A program made the translations under genes and the position numbers. DNA of 64,000 nt from Azolla caroliniana (Eukaryota; Plantae; Polypodiophyta), in contig JBHGNT010000004.1 of NCBI GenBank assembly GCA_043228905.1, forward strand, positions 2,294,001 to 2,358,000. The letters are read 5' to 3'. Shown here piece by piece: positions 52,966-64,000 of the stretch; the stretch's first letter is position 1, and each line of letters starts with the position of its first letter. The notes under the pieces are model-generated. The model worked only from the letters and a program-made list of their open reading frames with translations, had not been told where the DNA came from and did no database searches.

Positions 52966-55900
52966 ATGGCGATGATGCTATCCTCCTCCTCACCCTCCCC
53001 TGTTTCTACTCGTTCAGAGTTTTTTTCGTCCTTCCCAGAATGCAGAGATTCCTCCACCATCTCTTTGTCCTTCCACAAGAACAAGGACTTCTATGGTCAG
53101 AAGCAGAAGCTCTCTCCACCACACAGGCATAGTTTTAATAACCTGATTACTTGCAATGCCTCCTGGCAAGAGGTGAGCTATTTTTATTTAGGTCTCATTG
53201 TTATGTACTTAAAGTACTATTACATGATCCTCTTTTTCCCGTTTACATCCAAAATTGATGGCCATGTATGCATATTTACATCTAAGTTCGCTGATTATGC
53301 ATGTCCGTTTATATCTAACTGGATGATTATGTGGATCTAAATTTATGATTATGCATCTCCGTACTCTAAACTCATAATTCTTTATGTCATTGTACTCTAA
53401 TTTGATGATTTTTGTATGGTTATGTACTTTAAACCGATGATGGTGTATGTCTAAATTGATAACTATAAATGCATATGTCTTAATACTCTTAATCGCAGCA
53501 GAGTATCTCATGCACTTAGAGGTGTTTGTACTGCTTCCTACATTTAATGATCATGCACATATGTAAATGTACTCTAAATATAGTAGAATATTTCATACAC
53601 TAGAGGTGACTTCAGTATTCCAAAGTTGGTGATTTAGATAGCATTATTACACAGAATATCTCGATTGTTTAGCATAAACATATAAATCAGTGTATCTATT
53701 CAATGATCAAATTCACATATGTTTTAGGATCTATGGAATATGGTTAGGATTTGTTGTGTATGTGCATATGAGAGGAAGAGAGACTCTGTTTTGAAACCCC
53801 TGGAGCATGGGTAGAGAAAGACTTTCTTTCATTTATTTCCATGTAGTTAGCAGGGGTGTTGTTGTTTTCGGCGTTTCCTTTCACTATTGTCAAAGCTATT
53901 GCAAATAGTTCATTGGGAACTCAGCTTCAAGACAGAATGCAAGTTTACAAAACAAAAGAACAAATCACGGCTCCAGAGAGGGAAGCTGCAAAGAAAAGGG
54001 CAAGAGAGAGGAGGTATGAAAATGGTTATTAATTAGATTTTCTGATGTTTATTTACCATTTTCTAGTTAGCATTAAAATAAAACATCCGAAATAGAAGTA
54101 AAATAATATCCAATATTATTTTAATTAATGAAATAATGTAACAACTTATCCACGTGAGTTTTATTCACTGTGAAGGTTCCCAATACAAAATTCCCCATGA
54201 CCATTTCCACCCATAAACATAACATCAAACATTACCATAATTCGAACTGATTTTCATCAATTTAAGTGTCTACACAGTTTTTGTATTTTGTTTTAAGTGT
54301 CGACAGAACTTTCCATTAGGAGTCAAAGCGCAACCATCAAGAAAATTGATCTGGAAGTTCTAAAAAGATGGATTCAAACATAAGTTCAGTAAATCAAACC
54401 AAACCAACGTCAATGACAGTAAAATATATTGTGGAGAGAGTCACAGACAAAAACTACAGAATGTGGAAGTTGAGGATGAGCCAAAACAGCATCATATGCA
54501 GATATTGCAGCCAATCAGGCATGTGATTTCCACATTCTGTAGTTTTTTTCTGTGACTCTCTCCACAACATATTTTATTGTCATTGATGTTGGTTTGCTTT
54601 GATTTATTGAACTTATGTTAGAATCCATCTTCATAGATCTTCTGGATTGGTTTTCCTAATGCAAGCCTCTGATACGATATAGAAATTTAAAGTACTATTT
54701 AAACAAGGTACAAAAACTGTGTAGACACTTTTAATTTGATGAAAATCAGATCATATTACGGTAATGATTGATGCTACATTTATGGGTGTACACGGCCATG
54801 CTGAAATTTGTTTTGGGAACTTTCATGACGAACAAAACGCAGGTGAATAGGTTGTTACAATATTTAATTAATTAAAGCAGTATTGGATATTAATTTAATT
54901 CTAACAAATTATATCCAATTGGACGAGAGCTTAGAGTATACTTATGGGCATATTCACTTGATGCCAATGGCATTTATTCTAGCAGACATGCTTGCACCTC
55001 AAGTAGCAAATTCTTTTATAGAGACCAGTAAACCTAAGAGCAAATCTCCACTATATTGCTTTAGGTTAGACAAGGATATACATGAAAGGTCGAAGGTTAG
55101 ATTAGATTACAATAAACAAGGACATACATTAGGTTAAACTGTTAAAAGCCCTAAACCTTAAACATAATGGTGTTGCTAATTAACTGTTTTTTGTAGATGC
55201 TCATAAATTTTAAAGTGTCTTTTATTAACCTTATCTGCAGCGTTTGGTATGGAAAAGATAGGCCAAAATGGTTGGGTCCCCTTCCATACGAGTACCCGAA
55301 TCACCTGATGGGTGAGGCTCCTGGTGATTATGGATTTGATGTTTTTAACCTTGGATTTGAACCCACAACATTTAACAGATACTTCAAGTAAGCGTTTCCT
55401 AACTCGATCATGGATTAATACTTGCGACAGTTCTTTAATTTATCAGTCAATATGGTTAGATCAGGAAATTTATTAAGAGTTTGAACAAGTACATATGTCC
55501 AAGTTATAATGTGTTCCATAAAGGCTTTTAAAAGTCTTCCAGCTATTCAAACTTCCCAACTCCTTAGGATCATTCCTCATTTTTGCGACATTCCTTTCTT
55601 GGTATTGGATATTCTTTTTTTTACACTAGGAAAATCCATTACGTTACAGTGACAAGACTTCAATAGGCTTTGGGAGGAAGAATCTAAGTGATGAACTTTG
55701 AGATAATCCCAGAATTTGTTTGATATTAAATCATGTTGTGACCATAATTTTTTAACTTTATTTATGAAGGTTGAAGTTTAGAGCCTTTGGGCATGGTTGA
55801 ATGACATTGGCATGGAAAAAAAATCTACCATAGAAATTGAGGTTATAAATGCCTTTGTGCAAAGAGAAGATGGTCGTCTTCTACTTGGTAGAATTTAATC

Positions 55901-57199
55901 TAAATTATCTTTATAATTCAGTTTCGAAGTATTACATGCACGGTGGGCGATGCTAGGAGCAATTGGTGTAGTAGTTCCGGAGATATTGGATAGATTCTAT
56001 GGTATAAAGTTTACAGAGCCAGTATGGTGGCGAGTGGGATATGCCAAACTTCAGGCAAGATATTCTTACTTTGTTTTTTATTTTTTGGATTTTGTTTTCC
56101 TATATATCCCATTTTCATTGGAAATTATCAGCTTTGCCATTTACTTCTTGTTTTTGCACATTCATAGTTGACATTCTCTGTTTGCACATTGAAAATTGCA
56201 CTTCTAAGTTATATGAAGTTGCCTTTCTTATTTGTTGTTTTTTTCAGGGAGATACATTGGACTATCTTGGTATACCGGGTCTACATTTAGCAGGAAGTCA
56301 AGGCATCCTTGTAATCGCTGTCTGCCAATTCCTTCTCATGGTATCTTTCTCCTATTGTGATATTGTTTTAGTGGGTTAGGTTCATATATCATTTTTATTC
56401 ATTCATTGTTTTCTTTATGTGAATGTTTGCAAATCAGATCTTAAATCACAATAAATTATTGAGATATGGAGTGTTCCATCTTAATTTACCCTAATATTTT
56501 CAACTTTGCTTCTTCTACTTTGTCTAAACATATTGTCCTTTATCTTAATAAGGTATCTAAAACTAGTAGTGACATTGGGTTAACGGTTTTCGGTTCTACA
56601 AAGAATGATCAACACTTTAAATATGTTTCATACAATTAAAGGTTTGTTAGGGAGTCTTGAGAAAACCAAAGTCAATGTGTGTTTGATACCATTCACCAGT
56701 ATAGATCAAAGCAATGTAATAGATTCAACGACAATATTTAGGGGGCTTCCAAGGCAAAGAGACAATATGGTTAGCAATATATGTTAAAATGCAAAGCATT
56801 AAAAACTATTAATATTTTGGTGATGGTTCAGTTATTGATGCTTATTTGGAAGATTTTAAGAATGCTTTCATGTGATGTTTCTAGATTGGACCAGAATATG
56901 CCAGGTATTGTGGTATTGAAGCTTTGGAGCCATTGGGAATCTTTCTTCCTGGGGATGTAAACTACCCTGGGGGTGTTCTATTTGATCCATTGGGATTATC
57001 AAAAGATCCAATTGCCTTCGAAGAATTGAAGGTAAAAGAAATAAAGAATGGACGCTTGGCTATGGTTGCTTGGCTAGGCTTTTATGCACAAGCAGCTGTT
57101 ACAAAGCAAGGACCATTAGAGAACCTATTCAACCATATAAACAATCCTTTTCATGAGAACCTAGCATCTTACATTTCTGCGGCATTTTCAAACACTTGA
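52966..57199 (+). CDS. LHCB7: Light-harvesting chlorophyll a/b-binding protein 7; exons 52966(or 52942)-53172, 53847-54013, 55241-55387, 55922-56054, 56248-56340, 56885-57199
   Basis: Ser-rich transit peptide, then ASWQE|[21 protein letters not shown] (Lhcb7-type extra N-terminal segment), [78 protein letters not shown]. Intron 4 is GC-AG. Confidence 0.94.
54093..54903. mobile_element. ~810-bp foldback/MITE-like inverted repeat in LHCB7 intron 2
   Basis: Arms match throughout, e.g. TGTGGAGAGAGTCACAGA / TCTGTGACTCTCTCCACA, AAGTGTCTACACAGTTTTTGTA / TACAAAAACTGTGTAGACACTT, TGTAACAAC / GTTGTTACA. Centre at ~54480-54520. Confidence 0.8.
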
Positions 57200-59965
57200 T
57201 AAATATGGTTCAGGCAAATGTATTATATCAGGATCGATCCATACTTGTGTGCTTAATATATTGACAATGATAACTTTGCACCAATTTATTTTAGAACCAT
57301 GAAGACCTAAAGAATATGGTTTAGGCAGATGTATTATATCATGATTTATCCACAATTGTGTACATAATATTGACAACTTGCACCAATTTATTGACAAGTT
57401 TCTTATGTTTGAGATTGAATATTTTTAAAGAGCATGTCGGTACGTTTGGAAGAGTAGAGAGTAATTGGAAACTATTTGTTGAGGAGATAAGGATTTAGAA
57501 AGTATAGAAGTCACCCAAATGTGCTTGTACTTTTTGCAATACCAAGACATGATGGATTCAAGTAAACCCATGTCCGGTTGTCGATAAAGCCTATAGAGTC
57601 ACTCCTATAATGTTATGTTAGGTTATGAGAAACATTGAATGTAAGCCATTTATATTTCCAATATTTTATTTAGGTTATATGGTTAATAAAAAATTCATTA
57701 TTGGATCATGACTAAGTTGAAACTTGGTTGATGTTCGTGTGATTCATAGTTTTGGTGTCTTTGGTGGGATTGGACATGCTTTGGAAGGGAAATGTGACAT
57801 GGTGTATAATTGTTCAAAATCTATTGGTGATTCAAACTACTTTATGAACAAGCTATAACCTTTTGCTCTTTAGAGTTCACTTTACATAGCCTAGTCCAAT
57901 TATAAAATGTGTGCATTGCGCATTGAAATATGTTAGGGTGGGTTTGGAATGAGTGAAGAGAGGAAAGTTGAGAGGCATGACCTATAAGGGAATATTTTTC
58001 TAGAGGATAAAAGTTGTAGGTAGCAATATTTAGATATTAGGGCAATATGAGGGTTTTACAAGTTATATGTATGAAAGGCCTCATTATCTTCACATAAATA
58101 ATGCATCAACACACTCTAATTCATATGTGACATGTTTTAATTATCCTCTTTCTATTGCGGTGCTAGATGATGGTTCCATCGTAAACTCCTATACATGAAT
58201 CAATTGTGAGTTCAGAGATGGTGGATCGAACATGACTTGCAAATGTTGGTTTAATCGTGAGGTCCTATTGGTGGACCAATTGTGATCTATAGATGGAGAT
58301 TCAATTGTGAGTTTAGGTACGTAGATCAATCATGTGTTGTGGCGTGGGTAAATTGCAATGAAGTGCACTAAATGACCATAGTCAAAAGCCTGATTTTAAG
58401 GGACACAAACTAACTAGTACTTAATGTACTATTGGAGCAATAACTAGAAACAAAAAACAAGACTTAAAATTAGCTTTAAATATGAAAAGTGGTTGAAGGA
58501 AAAATCAAAATTTACAAGTTAAATTAAATGCGAAAAACAAGAAGAAACGTGGGTGACTAGAAATGTTTTTTTACTAAGTATTTGAGGGTTGTAAAACCCT
58601 CGATTTAAGTTCTCATTTATTGTGTTAGGAAGCTCTTAGATCCCTATGTGTGTACTTCTTAATGTTTGTGTTAACACTCACTTGCCATGAGAGCTTAGAG
58701 AAATCTCAATCTAGGGCTTTGAGAATTTATCACTATTTCCCCCCACGAAGGTGCCATATGGATGTGACTCTCTCCTCTATCACACATATCATCTAATGGA
58801 GCTATATATCTACCCCAAAACCATTCTTTTGAGGGCTATATACACGTTATTGTATAGCTATGATAGGACATTTTGAAATGTGAATGGGGCAATACAATGA
58901 CCCTTATTGGAGAAATCACATACAATGGAGTGTTGTTTGCCCTCTTCACCCCAAGCATAAGGTTTAATCCTTTGAGCAAACTTATATGGGTTGCTTTTCA
59001 AACTCTTGAGACTCCCATCTAGAGGTAAATAGGATGTCTCTTGTTGCTTAAGGCACAATGACATGATAACAACTCTCCTTCCAATACACATCCATGCTAA
59101 TGCCATAACTTTATTCCTAGGGTTCACACATGTGAATCATATGCACATATACCCCTAAAAAGCCTTCCTTCATACAAGTGTAGAATTGTCATTTTAGGAC
59201 TACCATAGTTCTCACACAAAGTAAAAGAAAGAAAACATGAATGCTCACAGGTAGCAAACGTTTAAAAACATCTTAGCTATTAGTTAGTCTTGGCAACCTT
59301 TTTATCCTATGTGGTGCATTTTCCTTGCATGTCTCAAAATTTATTCTGCATTAGTAAGTTAGACAAAACATTGTCGCGAGTCCCACTTTTCTTGTGGCAA
59401 ATGATTCCGCACCACATCACAATTGATTTTCTGCATGCTCATGCATCTGGCTCGAGCCTTAGAAGGGAAGCTCAAGAAACGGACGGGTATATGTTCCCAT
59501 TATCCTTACGGCTGATGTTTTTGCTCCATATCAACAGGAAGATTGGTACAATATCCTTCGATCCAAACCAAGTTATGGACCAGGAAATGCGAATCAAAAT
59601 GCCAGATAAAGGGCATTGAATGGTTTCAGTTCACGGCATCGTGGGCTTTTCTGGTGGTTCTGGACATTCCATTTTTGGGTTCACACGGGGCCCTCGGAAC
59701 ACGGATGCGAGATTGCATTTGTCTAGAAGGTAGAAGCTGGCAGAAGGACGTAGACACGGACGAAGCGAGATGCACAACCCTTCGTGTTCTTCTATGTCTT
59801 GTGTGTGAACTCAAAAAAATTTGGACACCTTAAAAGGTTTGATTATAAATTTAAATGATATACAATGTACATATCCATTGAGAAGTAAAAAAATGTTGTG
59901 AAGTAAGTGAACATAACAAATACCAGGAAAGAACATACCCTGCTCCTGCTCCTGCTCCTGCTCTT

Positions 59966-60045
59966 TCCTCTGTCTCTGTCTCTGTCTCTGTCTCTGTCTC
60001 TGTCTCTGTCTCTGTCTCTGTCTCTGTCTCTGTCTCTGTCTCTGT
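59966..60045. repeat. (TCTCTG)n microsatellite immediately before the F-box start codon
   Basis: Direct reading. Confidence 0.9.
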
Positions 60046-60051
60046 GTTTCA

Positions 60052-62232
<2,181 letters not shown>

Positions 62233-63581
62233 TCCTTCCTTTGCCCTTAAGGACGTGTGATTATGAATGAGTGTTTTAATATACTCCAAAAGTATTAAAT
62301 AATTTGTTGCAAAATTTTTCATCTAACATCGTGTTTTGGATTTCCATACAACTTTTTGCCCTAAATGGTAGATTTATGCTGAACTAAAGGCAAAAGAACT
62401 TGAATGATGTTCACCTGTTATTATAAGGTGTAGCACATTCCTACCTCTGCACCTTATAATAACAAAGGAAGGGAGAAAGGCAATTCTGGCCGGCTTGGAT
62501 TAGCAAATCCACCCATACGCAGCACAGGGTTGCCTAATTTTCAGGGTTGATAGGACAAAATGGAAGGTGTCAATGCCAAAAAGTATATAACTCAAAAAGT
62601 TGGTGTTGATAACTGGATTGCATATACATAACACTGATAACTAATGGGTATCCCATGCTTGAAAGAGGAATGGCTAATAGATTGATTGTCTTGTATGCTA
62701 TGGGCAGGGATTGGAATGCTAATATTTTTTTTTAGTATTTTGTTAGAGGTAGTTTGATTTACCGTCATAACACAAGGTTTGAAAGAAACACTTTATTATT
62801 GTAGTACTTTGTTAGAGGTAGTTTGCTTTACCCCCATAACACAAGGTTCGAAACACTTGCTGATTTACATGAATACACAAGGTTCCAGACACTTGATGAT
62901 GTTCCATGCACACACAAGGGTGGATTGGTGTTTCCTTGGCTTTTCTTTATATTTACCTCTTATGCGCAAGAATCACTCCAATCTGGTTTGGTCTTCAACT
63001 TTAGATAAGTAACTCTTTGAGCTCAATAGACTCACAATCTTAAACTACTCTTGGAGCTTCATAGAATTACAATCACAATCTTCATCTTTTATCCAATTTT
63101 ATGTGCCTTCTAATGAGGTTTTGTTTATATTGATTGCTGATAAATCTTTGTAGTGTCTCTAAGATTATTGTCACTATTCTTTAGTAAATAAGAAGGCCTT
63201 ATGGATCAACTTGAGTTTTTTATTTGCACAGATGTAGCAATAAACCATTCTACACTTCAACTCAATGTCTCTTTCTTTTTGCTCATTTAACAATCTAAAG
63301 CATGACTCCTTCCTTTTGTTGTCAAAAGACAAAGGGAAGCAAATAGTCAATTTAGGACTGGCAACGAATATATACATGTTTCATGTGTATGAGTGTGTTT
63401 GCCATTGTTTTTTAATGATTCTTTTTGTTGACAACATTTCTGCAATATCTTAACTAAATGCCTTCAATGTAGCATTTTCTATAGCAGAACTATGATTTAT
63501 AATCATAACAAACTCTTGTATTTATATTGCATTACATTACGATGATGCGTGATACCCTGATTTGCAATATATCCTTGTTTC

Positions 63582-63975
63582 TTATGTCTTGACAGATGCA
63601 GCATTTAATGCATTGTTCTTTCTTGCTAAGCACTGTCGTAGAATATCATCACCAACCATGCTTCGGATTTTCTTCACAAAAACATCCCTTGACATTTTTC
63701 TATCCTATAATTGAAAGAAAAAAACATAATGAGTAAAAAAAGAAAAAAGAAAAACATTCCAAAAACTATGCAGAAGGATGATAAAAGAGAACCAACAAAG
63801 AAATAGCTCTTTAATGAAAAGTTCTTACTCGAAAATCATGGTATTCTTGCTCCAATGCAAGCATATGTTTTGGACTGAGTTTAGGTCTCATCATGGAGAA
63901 TAACTCAGGGAAGGAGATCCATGGAGAGCATGGACACTTGCATGGACTCGCTTTATCATCACACTTTGTAAGACC
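63582..63975 (-). CDS. SRO: RCD1/SRO family protein, last two exons (RST domain): 63975-63829 and 63704-63582; gene continues beyond the window
   Basis: GLTKCDDKASPCKCPCSPWISFPELFSMMRPKLSPKHMLALEQEYHDFR|DRKMSRDVFVKKIRSMVGDDILRQCL..* matches the RST pattern SPWMPFP.LF....R.EFV.KLR.IVGDDLL. Phase-0 GT-AG intron. Confidence 0.88.
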
Positions 63976-64000
63976 CTGTTATTAAAAAAAGGAATGAACT

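Overview
Eukaryotic land-plant nuclear DNA. It is most likely a seed-free plant such as a fern: it carries Lhcb7, MYC2-type and PEX11c-e-type genes together with a PGPGxY (SHIPPO-repeat) flagellar-type gene. Eight protein genes are supported: SHIPPO-repeat/ODF3-like (partial, 1-1026), an intronless 942-aa MYC2-like bHLH, NRPB9 (4 exons, 114 aa), PEX11c/d/e-like, an SH4/ASR3-type trihelix with a long acidic tail, LHCB7 (6 exons), a SKIP30-like F-box/kelch, and the last two exons of an RCD1/SRO gene. PEX11 and RCD1/SRO are absent from the ORF track and were assembled by hand from splice sites. The interval 2.1-11.1 kb is a four-level nest: an old copia holds a LINE and a younger copia, which holds a solo LTR, which holds another solo LTR. 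Most junctions have readable TSDs. A ~4.5-kb MULE-like element with ~200-bp TIRs and a Ulp1 remnant abuts the LHCB7 promoter. Most notable: a tandemly duplicated, in-frame, GC-donor exon in PEX11 (candidate alternative or mutually exclusive exons); a solo LTR with an snRNA-type USE-TATA arrangement plus telomere motifs; an ~800-bp foldback in an LHCB7 intron; and a possible spliced non-coding or pseudogene transcript at 25-28 kb. All calls come from manual reading and translation; no database search was run.
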